Below are positions 53,372-64,000 of a stretch of 64,000 nt of DNA, one piece after another (the first letter of the stretch is position 1; every line of letters starts with the position of its first letter). The DNA is from Octopus vulgaris. Taxonomy: Eukaryota. The notes under the pieces are model-generated. The model was not told the origin of the DNA, searched no databases, and saw only the letters and a list, made by a program, of their open reading frames with translations. The position numbers and the translations under genes were made by a program. The stretch lies in assembly GCA_951406725.2 (NCBI GenBank), contig OX597839.1, positions 32,240,001 to 32,304,000 of the forward strand, written 5' to 3'.

Positions 53372-53471
53372 TTATATATAAAATAATTTTATGTAATGGT
53401 ATGAGAATGGAAACTTAGAAACTTAAAGCTGGTACAATACCACACAAACAAATGTTGTAATTTGTAATTAA

Positions 53472-54090
53472 CCCTTTTGTTACTGTATATATTTTGATAT
53501 GCTCTGTGTTTCTTTCAATTATTTTAAATCATCATCATCATTTAGCATCCGTTTTCCATGCTAGCATGGGTTGGACGGTTTAACTGGGGTCTGTGAAGCC
53601 GGGAGGCTTCATCAGGCCCAGTCAGATTTGGCAGTGTTTCTACGGCTGGATGCCCTTCCTAACGCCAACCACTCCGTGAGTGTAGTGGGTGCTTTTTACG
53701 TGCCACCTGCACAGGTGCCAGACAGAGCTGGCAAACGGCCACGAACGGATGGTGTTTTTTTGTTTTTTTTCGTGCCACCGGCACGGGGGCCGGACGAGGC
53801 TGGCAACGGACACGAACGGATGGTTCTTTTACGTGCTACCGGCACGGGGGCCAGGCGAGGCTGGCAATGGACACGAGCGGATGGTGCTTTTACGTGCCAA
53901 CGGCACGGGGGCCAGGCGAAGCTGGCAATAACAAAGAATTTAGTAAAATAACTTAGTTATCATTAAGCTAGTATTAGGAATATAAATTGCGACTAAGGTT
54001 TGGTGGTATATTTTGATGCAAAACTTATGAAAACAAGACATTTGTACCTCAGAGCCAGAGCCGGTTTTGGCCAGGTTGGTAACGAAAGGG
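53472..54090. mobile_element. piggyBac-type MITE containing an RTE 3' UTR insertion
   Basis: TTAA|CCCTTTTGTTAC ... GTAACGAAAGGG|TTAA. Interior interrupted at about 53528-53928. Confidence 0.85.
53528..53928 (-). mobile_element. RTE LINE 3' UTR with about four units, inside the piggyBac MITE
   Basis: Reverse complement of the same tail and units. Confidence 0.85.
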
Positions 54091-54699
54091 TTAAATCCTG
54101 TTTGTTCCACCTTCTTATATATAAATTTAAACTGTTACACACACACACACACACGTGTGTGTTAAGTGATGGCTAAGTAGGTGCTCAAGTAAAAAGACTT
54201 GACCAACAGCTGTTTGGTGAATGATATAGATAGGTGTTTTATAGATGCAGAGACAGACATATCGATTAACAGATAAGTAGGAAGAAGCCAACAGATTGTT
54301 TAATTGATTTCCTGATTGAGTTATTGATTGATTGATTAGCAGACACTGACAGATATGCAGAAAGAGTGGAAGGAAGGAAGGAATGAGTTGCTGTTGTTGT
54401 TGTTGTTGTTGGTGTTGCTGGTTAGTCTCAGATCGACTTGATATACGATTAAAGGCTATTCTGTCCTTTTTCTTGTGGCATAGTGTATCTAGAACTACAT
54501 TATTCAATGTGCTATTTGACTTTTTTTTTAAGACACTAAGGTATAAGTTGAGTCAGATTTAGCTGCTATTTCTAAGTCTTTACAATAGTAGACTTCCTCT
54601 TTGATACAATGTATTAAACCACACACACATACACACACACACGCATGCACACATGCACAGATATGTACACACATGTAAACATGTACCTATGGAATAATC

Positions 54700-54861
54700 T
54701 TCTGCACAGTTTCCACTTACCATATCCACTCAGAAGGCTTTGGTCAGCTCAGGGCTATAGCAGAAGACACTTGTCTAAGGTGCCGTTCAGTGGGATTGAA
54801 CCTGGAATCACAAGACTGTTAAGAGAGCTTCTTAACCACACAGCACTGCCTATACAAATGT

Positions 54862-54930
<69 letters not shown>

Positions 54931-55105
54931 ACAGCCATGACTGAGGCACAGGCATGGCTGTGTGGTAAGAAGCTTGCTTCCCAACCACATGGTTCCGAGT
55001 TCAGTCCTATTGCATGGTACCTTGGGCAAGTGTCTTCTGCTGTAGCTGGGGGCCAACCAAGGCCTTGTGAGTGGATTTGGTAGACAGAAACTGAAAGAAG
55101 CCTGT
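54700..55105. mobile_element. Divergently oriented pair of family A SINE heads around (GT)n
   Basis: Minus head 54700-54850, plus head 54945-55105. Confidence 0.8.
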
Positions 55106-55107
55106 TC

Positions 55108-55153
<46 letters not shown>

Positions 55154-55327
55154 GTGTATGTTTATGTGTGTGTGTGTGTGTGTGTGTTTTTATGTCTGTG
55201 ATTATTCATTTTTATACTTTTTGAAATCTAGTGATATGTTTTATAAAAATATATTCTATTTGTTATTTATGTTTTGGTTTATGTCTATCACTGTTTGAGT
55301 TGCATAATAGTGGTTTTATCGCTAATT

Positions 55328-55395
<68 letters not shown>

Positions 55396-55445
55396 TGTGC
55401 ACACACACTCACATATATATATACATATTAATATACATATATGTA

Positions 55446-56826
55446 TTGGGTTGGCAATTAAGTTCCTACGGTTTTTTAAAATTTTAGAATCTATTTTGCT
55501 GTGTTCTTTTTTTTTTTCTTGTTAATTTTAACTAATTTTTGTTTATTTTCAAATCATTAAAATAGAATGTCAAGAAAAACGAACATTTTCGACACCTCCA
55601 TTTTTTTTTTTGCTTTTAATCAAGGTTCTAAGGCTGCAAAAGCTGCTCCCGACATTTGAGCTGTGTATGGAGAGGGTGCCATAGCTGATAGAACCGCTCG
55701 AGATTGGTATGCCAAGGTCAAAAATGGAAATTTTGACCTCAAAGACGTATTTTGTTCTGGTCGTCCTGTTGAGTTCGATGAAGAGCGATTAAATCAACTC
55801 TTGCACGAAAATTCTCGTCAAACGACGAAGGAACTGGCAGAGAAAATGGAATGCTCCCACACTGCTGTAGAGAAGCATCTTCACTCGATGGGAAAGGTTC
55901 AGAAGTATGGAGCATGGGTTCTGCATTGCTTTAAGTGACAACAACAAAAATCAATGAGCCACAATCTCCGCTGGTTTGCTCGCTCGTCACCGCTCAACTC
56001 ATGGACACAAGCAACGATTTCTTTACCGACTGGCGACGAAAAATGGTGTCTGTACACCAATATGAAGCAGCGGTAAGGAATGGCTTAACCCTGGTAAACC
56101 AGCGACACCGCGCGTGAAACAAGACCTTTATTCGCATAAAACGATATCGTGGGACTAAGAAGGGAATTATCCATTACGAATTGCTTGAACGGAACCAAAC
56201 GGTCAACGTGGAACTCTTGGGAAGACTCAACATGGCTATTCAAGAGAAAAGACCTAATCGTCAGCATGGAGTTCTTCTGCTGCTCGACAACGTTCGCCCT
56301 CATATCACCAATATGACCAACGAAGCCATTCAAAAGCATGGCTGGCAATTGCTACAAACACCCGCCGTATGCTCCTGGTTTGGCACCAACCGATTTCCAC
56401 CTTTTTCGACCGTGGAACAAGCTGCCAGACGAGATGGTGAAGATGCCAACGACCGCTTTGTTCAAAGTCTCCCTTGACCTCAAGTGGCCTGAACTCTTTA
56501 CATGAACACCACCCTGTACTTAACTCCATGTCCCCCTACATGGCCTTGCTTTTTGCTTTTGAGCCAAATTAACTAACTAACTAACTAACTATTCACGGAG
56601 TTTCGTTCTAAACTGATGCAGAATTGAGAACTTGGTTGGATCAATTCTTCAAAGTCGAAATCGGGTGATTTCTACCAACGAAGTATCGAAAATCTTGTTG
56701 AACGTTGGGAAGAAGTTGTAAACAACAAGGGTAAATACATTATTCATTAATTAGTTGTTATTTTTTATTAAACCTTTCAAAAAATTTCAATTGTAAGAAA
56801 AGGCGGGAACTTAGTTGCCAACCCAA
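55446..56826 (+). mobile_element. Full-length decayed mariner (DD34D-type) DNA transposon
   Basis: Terminal inverted repeats ttgggttggcaattaagttcc / gggaacttagttgccaacccaa, each flanked by TA. Interrupted transposase: YGEGAIADRTARDWYAKVKNGNFDLKD..SGRP, GAWVLH, TGDEKW, LLLDNVRPH, HPPYAPGLAPTDFHLF, C-terminus LVERWEEVVNNKGKYI*. Frameshifts and stops present. Confidence 0.95.
56410..56591 (+). mobile_element. 3' end of a CR1/L2-group LINE nested in the mariner
   Basis: Encodes PWNKLPDEMVKMPTTALFKVSLDLKWPELFT*, matching the WNxLP...FKxxLD C-terminus of CR1/L2 ORF2, then a short UTR and (TAAC)n tail. Interrupts the transposase just after DFHLFR. Confidence 0.8.
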
Positions 56827-56911
56827 TATGTATGTATGTATGTATGTATGTATGATGTATGTATGTGTGTATGTATACATGCATGTATGTATGTATGTAT
56901 GTATGTATTTA

Positions 56912-56942
<31 letters not shown>

Positions 56943-57869
56943 ATGATGTTTGTATGTATGTATACATGTATGTATGTATGTATGTATGTATGTATGTATG
57001 TATGTATGTATGTATGTATGTATGTATGTATTTATGTGTGTGTGTATGTATGTATGTATGTAAAGTCGGGTAGATTCGTTATTTTTTCTTTTTGCCAACA
57101 TGAATTAAGAAGTATTGTTGTCTGGGAGATATCTTGTGGTAGAGGAATAGTATTTAACTGCTATTTCTAAATTTCGGTATGTGGTGAAGCAATTTGCTGA
57201 ACCCTGATTATAATTATACTTATAATTATTGAATTTTTGTGTAAGGTTACCGATAAAAGTTACTTTAACATATCGAACTTCTTGGTAAATTATTAATTAA
57301 TTAATTAATTTTACCCTTTATTATTACTGAGAGTATATATATATAAACACTCATATATACATAAATAAATATATATATATATATATCTACACACACACAC
57401 ATATATATATAGGTAAATAATTAATGAGTGTGTGCATTACATAATTAATTCAGGATTAAATATAAAAAGACAACAAACGGAAAATATGACATACCTGTAT
57501 ATATTTATATCATCATTTAACGTCTGTTGTCCAAGCTAGTTTGGGTTGGATGGTTCGACTGGATCGGCACGCTGGAAGGCTGCGCCAGGATCCAGTCTGA
57601 TTATATATATATATATATACGATGTCTTGCAAACGCCTTGCAAGCATGCAAGTGTGTTACCAGTCAAAAGCCCCACATACCGGAAGCCAGCAAGTGTCTG
57701 GGGTCACCAGGAGAGAAAGCGCGCCATTTCGTGACCTACCTCTTAACGGCTAAACACAGAGGGGACAAGCAAGGACAGACAAACGGATTAAGTCGACCCC
57801 AGTGCGTAACGGCATCATTGCGCACCATTCCCCCCCCCCCATCACTGATATGAGGCCCCCGTTTGCTAG

Positions 57870-58200
57870 ATCAACTGGTTATCAAATAAAGCTCAATATT
57901 TCTTCTAGCCATCGCTCATCGTCTCTTTTTAACCAAAATTGAAAAAAGGTCCACTTTCCCGCCTGTGTCTTCACATTCCCCGAGGAGGTTTACATAATGG
58001 TCAATTTTTCGATCCCGAGCGACGTCCAGGTTATCTTCATGAGGAACCGTTAACTAAACTAGATTCACCACTTTCTTTCTTTCACACCACATTAAAATGT
58101 CCAGTTTTTTTTTTTCGTAACTGGGGTGGGAAAGAGCCCCTGGCACCCTGGTAAATCTCCAGCCACCTCCCAATAGCTGTTCCACTTTTCATCACTCACA
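57870..58200 (-). mobile_element. Restriction-like endonuclease domain relic of a HERO/NeSL-type non-LTR retrotransposon
   Basis: Minus strand: WEVAGDLPGCQGLFPTPVTK..LDILMWCERKKVVNLV*LTVPHEDNLDVARDRKIDHYVNLLGECEDTGGK, fitting the PD...ELTVPxE...RKxxxYxxL pattern. Confidence 0.75.
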
Positions 58201-58475
58201 GGAAGTTTCTTCTTGAAACGGATAATAATTTTTAAAAAAAACGTGTATTCATAAACATACAAACATATACTAAATACACAGACGAATGTCCATTATTGAT
58301 AATATTGCTTCCACTCTGGAGGTATCGGCAAGAAACTTGCCGGGAATGGGACCCAAACATAACAAAACTAGATGGGCTCAAGACGAGACTGTTTAGTAGA
58401 TCAGATGAGGGGCAAAACAAAAAACAGACCAGTCAGCCAGCACTCGAACGGTGCTTTTTACGGACCTGCATTACA

Positions 58476-58953
58476 TCTTTATATATAAAAGTAAAGTTGT
58501 GTGTCTGTCTCCTACGATTTAGATTCCTAACTACTCCCACATTTTGCGGTGCAGTTTAACCAAAACCGGGTATCTTATAGTCGTGATTCATATCGAGCCC
58601 TTCTGAGTATTAGCGCGCGTCTACGATGAGTCTACGATTTAAAAAAAAATTTACCATCATTTTTTCCATTTTAATGCATTTTTTCGCTATTATATAAGGG
58701 AAGTAACTCTCTAAAAATGTCTACGATTTAAAAAAAAATTTACCATCATTTTTTTCCATTTTAATGCAGTTTTTTCGTTATTATATAAGGGAAGTAACTC
58801 TCTAAAAATGTCTACGATGAGTCAACGATTTAAAAAAAAAAATTACCATCATTTTTTTCCCATTTTTAATGCATTTTTTGGCTATAACCCACTAAAAATG
58901 CTTATATAGTTATTTCCCTTACAAACCCGAGCAACGCCGGGCGATACTGCTTG
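58476..58953 (+). mobile_element. Non-autonomous Helitron, same family, with internal tandem triplication
   Basis: A|TC start, same hairpin, end CTTG|T. The block tctacgatttaaaaaaaaatttaccatcatttttt...ctaaaaatg occurs three times versus once in the 36659 copy. Confidence 0.85.
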
Positions 58954-59523
58954 TAAATAATATTCCCAAGATTATCAATATAAATAATGTGCTACATGTC
59001 CTGGTTTGTTTACAGTTTTGTGAGTAACACTTTAATATGTGAAGCTGTTGTAGCTGTCCCGGTTTAAAAGCTTTACCTGGCACCTCGCTGTACTCAAGAA
59101 AATTCGTACACTGCAGCAGCAGAAGTGTTTAGGCTGGTTCCCCCTGGTCGTAAGGACTGGCCTGCAAGTGTCCCGTGCCGGTGCCATGTAAAAAGCACTC
59201 GTGGTGGTGCCACGTCGAAGCGCCCATCCAGTCTCACATAAAGTATTTGAGCAGCTCCATGTAAAAGTGCCATTGCAGCTCCCCATAAAAACACGTGTAG
59301 TGCCACGTAAAAGCACCCTGTGCACATTCTGCAAAGTGGTTGGTATTAGGAAGGGCATCCAGCCATAGGAAACCGTGCCAAATCAGACTGGAGTCTGGTG
59401 CAGTCTTCCAGCTTGCCAACCCTGGTCAACCCATCCAACCCATGCCAGCATGGACAACAGATGTTAAACAATGATGATGATGATGATGAAAATACTATCT
59501 AAATCGTTCAACATATGCACATG

Positions 59524-59569
<46 letters not shown>

Positions 59570-59713
59570 GCCTTGTTTTGTGCCTCCAGGTCAGTGATGA
59601 CATCATATGTTTATTGTTGCGACATACAGCATGTCCTGGGAATTTTGCTGATCTTGTGGTGACCATCCCTCTCAACATGTGACCACAGCCAATTTCTTCC
59701 TGAAGGAGAAAGA

Positions 59714-59772
<59 letters not shown>

Positions 59773-60499
59773 ATAGACTCCTGTACAGGACTGACTTTCC
59801 AGCGAAATATTTTATAGCTCTGAAGAGGCTACAAGAATACACACTGGCACTTGCTGTCGTGTGCAGTGTTGCAGTAGCTGAAACATCTGTAAGCCAAAGA
59901 ACTCAATTACATAACTCCTTTTCTGTTGTTATTTACATGCATACATATGCGTGTATATATATATATATATACATAAATCTATTGACCCCAAATGGATGAA
60001 AGACAAAGATAAGCTTGTGGAGATTTGAACTGAGTGTGGGGTGGGCTGGAGGCATTTACGGCAAATGATTTTACCTCATGCTCTTACAGCTAAATGTATG
60101 TATGTGTGTGTGTGTGTGTGTGCGTATGCTTATGTGTGTATATGTATGTGTGTGTATTTGTATGTGTGTGTACGAGTGTGTGTGTGTATGCATACATGCG
60201 TATATATGAATATACACAAATATGTGCGTGCATATTTATACATATGTGTGTGGGTATGTATGATAGAGATAGATAGATAAAGAGAGAGGTAGATAGATAG
60301 ATAGATAGATAGAGAGAGAAAGGGTGAGTGAGATGGAGGGAAAGGGGGAAGGTGAGAAAGAAACAGATATTTAAATAGATAAAGAGAGAGAGAGAGAGAG
60401 AGAGAGAGATATGATGAATGCCATATGTTGTTGAAACATTCTGAATATACGCCCAGATACATACTTCAGGCATACACACACACACACACGCGCACACAC

Positions 60500-61150
60500 A
60501 TACACCAACACATACATATACAGAGACACGTACACACACGCATACATCCATACACATTCAAACACACGCACACACAAACACATACATATACAGAGACATG
60601 GACACACACACGCATACATCCATACACATTCAAACACACACACACACACAAACACATACATATACAGAGACACGTACACACACACGCATACATCCATACA
60701 CATTCAAACACACACACACACACAAACACATACATATACAGAGACACGTACACACACACGCATACATCCATACACATTCAAACATACACACACACACAAA
60801 CACATACATATACAGAGACACGTACACACACACGCATACATCCATACACATTCAAACACACACACACACACAAACACATACATATACAGACACGTACACA
60901 CGCACGCATACATCCATACACATTCAAACACACACACACACACAAACACATACATATACAGAGACACGTACACACACACGCATACATCCATACACATTCA
61001 AACACACACACACACACAAACACATACATATACAGAGACACGTACACACGCACGCATACATCCATACACATTCAAACACACACACACACACAAACACATA
61101 CATATACAGAGACACGTACACACGCACGCATACATCCACACACATCCAAA
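60500..61150. repeat. ~74-bp CA-rich minisatellite, about nine copies
   Basis: Unit cacatacatatacagagacacgtacacacacacgcatacatccatacacattcaaacacacacacacacacaaa. Confidence 0.92.
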
Positions 61151-61753
61151 CACACACACGCATACACAACCACAAGCATGTTCATGCACACACACACACA
61201 CACATAATACGTATACATACACACACGTGCACGGACACACACACATACACACACGTGCACGGACACACGCACACACGTGCACGGACACACACATGCGCAC
61301 AGACACACACACACCCACACACGTGCGAAACGTATCGTATTGGTAGTCATGGTAGGCAGTGCCAGCCGACATTAAAATTATAAATATTTAATGTGAAATG
61401 TGTAAATTAAATGGTTTGTATTCATTATAAAAACAGTAATTAAACTCATTAAAATCAGTGTATAATTTAGGAAATACTTAATATGTTAATTAACCTTGTT
61501 TTTCTTTTCATGTTTTTTAAACATCATCAGATGCACAAACATCATGTGTTTCGTTCATACGACAAATTTGCTGCTGGGTGGCACATCCGAGGAAAGCTCC
61601 CCAAACGACGCTGAGTGTTAAAGGCCACCTGAAACTGAAAGTCACACACCAGGTGGGAGAACTCGCTTTGGAATCCCTGAGAATGGTAGATATCGATATT
61701 TCACCATTATTCAGGTTTATCAATATCATCATAATAATGTTGAAATATTAATA

Positions 61754-62083
61754 GGCGCAGGAGTGGCTGTGTGGTAAGTAGCTTGCTAACCAACCTCATG
61801 GTTCCGGGTTCAGTCCCATTGCGTGGCACCTTGGGCAAGTGTCTTCTACTATAGCCTCGGGCCGACCAAAGCCTTGTGAGTGGATTTGGTAGACGGAAAC
61901 TGAAAGAAGCCCGTCGTATATATGCAGGAGTGGCTGCGTGGTAAGTAGCTTGCTAACCAACCTCATGGTTCCGGGTTCAGTCCCACTGCGTGGCACCTTG
62001 GGCAAGTGTCTTCTGCTATAACCCCGGGCCGACCAATGCCTTGTGAGTGGATTTGGTAGACGGAAACTGAAAGAAGCCTGTCG

Positions 62084-62114
<31 letters not shown>

Positions 62115-62325
62115 TTGTGTGTCTGTGTTTGTCCCCCTAGCATTGCTTGACAACCGATGCTGGTGTGTTTATGTCCCCCGTCACTTAGCGGTTCGGCAAA
62201 AAGAGACCGATAGAATAAGTACTGGGCTTACAAAGAATAAGTCCCGGGGTCGATTTGCTTGACTAAAGGTGGTGCTCCAGCATGGCCGCAGTCAAATGAC
62301 TGAAACAAGTAAAAGAGTAAAAGAG
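61754..62325 (+). mobile_element. Family A SINE with a duplicated 5' half
   Basis: Head half 61754-61920 directly followed by a full copy 61923-62325. Confidence 0.9.
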
Positions 62326-62589
62326 AGAGAGTATCTCCCATTTTCAGTCATTGTCAGGCAAGTTGTCTCACCGAATCTGTGACATTCACAAACACACATA
62401 CACACACACACTGGCCATCTTCGCACTTTCCTGTCCCTCAAAGCCAATTTCTCTATCTCTTTCCGCTTCCGGTCATCATTTATAGCTTCGTCTACTTCGA
62501 GTTGAACTCTTAAAAACCAATTATTTTCGCATTCTTTTGAAGATTCTAAATTCTAATGAAGTAAATAACAATTCTGATTTTGAAAAAAT

Positions 62590-63186
62590 GGTTTCAGACC
62601 AGAATTTCTTGTAAAAAAGAGTCGAAAAGGGGGAAAAAATCTTGCAATAATTAGCAAAGATGGGATTGGTGCCACCAAAGCTGACTTCTATAAGTTGAGA
62701 GCATGACATTGGCCAACCAACTCTGTGTGATATCATACAGAAGGCAAAAATTTATAAAGAATAGGGACAAAGTGCTTCTTGAGCGTTGCGTTGATTTTTC
62801 CAAGAGAAAAGAAGCGGAAACAAAGCAGTATTTGATGCGGAACATCTTTTGTCAGTTTGGATGGAAGATTACAAGAGGAAAGGGAATTCCTTGATGTGAA
62901 ATAATGATCATCAAAATAAAGGTTGTTTGGTGTCTTTGTGGTAGTCCAAAGAAAAATGGGAAATGGAAAAGGAAACTGAAGTGGGGAGTTGGAGTGGAGT
63001 GGAGGGAGGGAGTTAATGAAGCATTTTCTAGAAGTTCTAGATGGTTCGGCAGGTTCCGATAACTATATGGAATTCGTTATGTTAAAGGTTGTTGTGAAAA
63101 GGGGAGATGATGGTACAACATCCAGGTAAACTGCTGAACTGGAGAAAAGTTGAAGATTAACAAATCATAAATGCAGATGAATCTAA
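62590..63186 (+). mobile_element. Decayed Tigger/pogo (CENP-B-like) transposase relic
   Basis: Peptides across frames: EHDIGQPTLCDII (HTH), [39 protein letters not shown] (start of the DDE domain, cf. QIFNADET). Not captured as one ORF. Confidence 0.8.
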
Positions 63187-63347
63187 TAAATATGTATGTA
63201 TGTATATATATATAAATATATATACATGCATATGCACATACATATGTATATATATATATTTGTGTGTATACATATAGATGCATATACATGTGTGCATACA
63301 TATATATATGCATATAGATATGCGTATATATATACGCATATCTATAT

Positions 63348-63654
63348 AGGCACAATCACCCAGTGGTTAGGGCAGCGGACTCGCGGTCATAGGATCGTGG
63401 TTTCGATTTCCAGACCGGGCGTTGTGAGTGTTTATTGAGCGAAAACACCTAAAGTTCCACGAGGCTCTGGCAGGGGGTGGGGCGATCCCTGCTGTACTCT
63501 TTCGTACCAGCTTTCTCTCACTCTTTCTTCTGTTGGCCTGCTCGCATAGCCAGTGAGGTGGCGTCATTCAAAGGCTAAAACAATGCGAAGCGCATTGTGA
63601 CCAGCGATGTGTAGCAACATCTGATAGCCTGGTCAGTCATAGTGATCACGGTGA
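63348..63654 (+). mobile_element. Family C SINE (head C, tail X)
   Basis: Collinear with 20287-20588. Confidence 0.88.
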
Positions 63655-63696
63655 TATATATATGCATATATATGTATATATCTATCTATCTATCTC

Positions 63697-63737
<41 letters not shown>

Positions 63738-63864
63738 ATATATATATATGTGTGTGTGTATGTGTATATATATATATATCCATCCAGCCATGCACAAACA
63801 TACATACATACATGCATACATACAGACATACCCACATACATGCATACACACATACACATTTACA

Positions 63865-64000
63865 TATTGGGGTTGCACAAAATAATGGAAACCCCTTGCT
63901 AAGTAAAAATTTTGTTATTTAATATGGAGTTGATCCTCTTTTGGTTGCAATAATTACTGCGATACGGCGAGGAATCGGCTCACACAGCTCTTGAACAGTT
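63865..64000 (-). mobile_element. 3' end of a Tc1-like transposon running off the window
   Basis: Minus strand reads TVQELCEPIPRRIAVIIATKRGSTPY*, like the Tc1 C-terminus SMPRRxxAVIxxKGxxTxY, followed by a TIR-like end ttggggttgcacaaaataatggaaacccc. Confidence 0.75.

Noticed and set aside
60425-61383. 260-aa HT-rich ORFs, and all YI/CV/HT ORFs in the track
   Set aside because: Translations of di- and tetranucleotide repeats and a 74-bp minisatellite.

Overview
AT-rich eukaryotic DNA saturated with microsatellites and transposon remnants. The repeat families (tRNA-derived SINEs, RTE LINE tails ending in (GAT)n, Penelope-like terminal repeats) look like those of a coleoid cephalopod, most likely Octopus; this is from memory of the families, not a search. 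Nearly all ORFs in the track are microsatellite or SINE artefacts, and no host gene can be named. Recognisable remnants: a full-length decayed mariner with a nested LINE tail (55446-56826), an RTE reverse-transcriptase fragment (42249-42827), a Tigger/pogo transposase relic, two Tc1/mariner fragments, two HERO-like endonuclease relics, three non-autonomous Helitrons, a piggyBac-type MITE, a MITE with 30-bp TIRs, and dozens of SINE copies from at least four head types. Most worth a second look: (1) a 129-bp hairpin-rich tandem array grown from the end of a dispersed repeat whose GGCTGCTATTTCTAGC motif also sits in two fold-back palindromes; (2) several minimal hammerhead-like motifs with non-canonical cores; (3) copy-number-variable hairpin/pseudoknot units in RTE 3' UTRs; (4) head/tail shuffling among SINEs; (5) a candidate bidirectional CRE/RFX promoter with low-confidence exons either side, and a triplicated ATG-GCT-GAT-GAG|GTGAG motif. 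All gene and RNA-structure calls were made by eye and are unverified.
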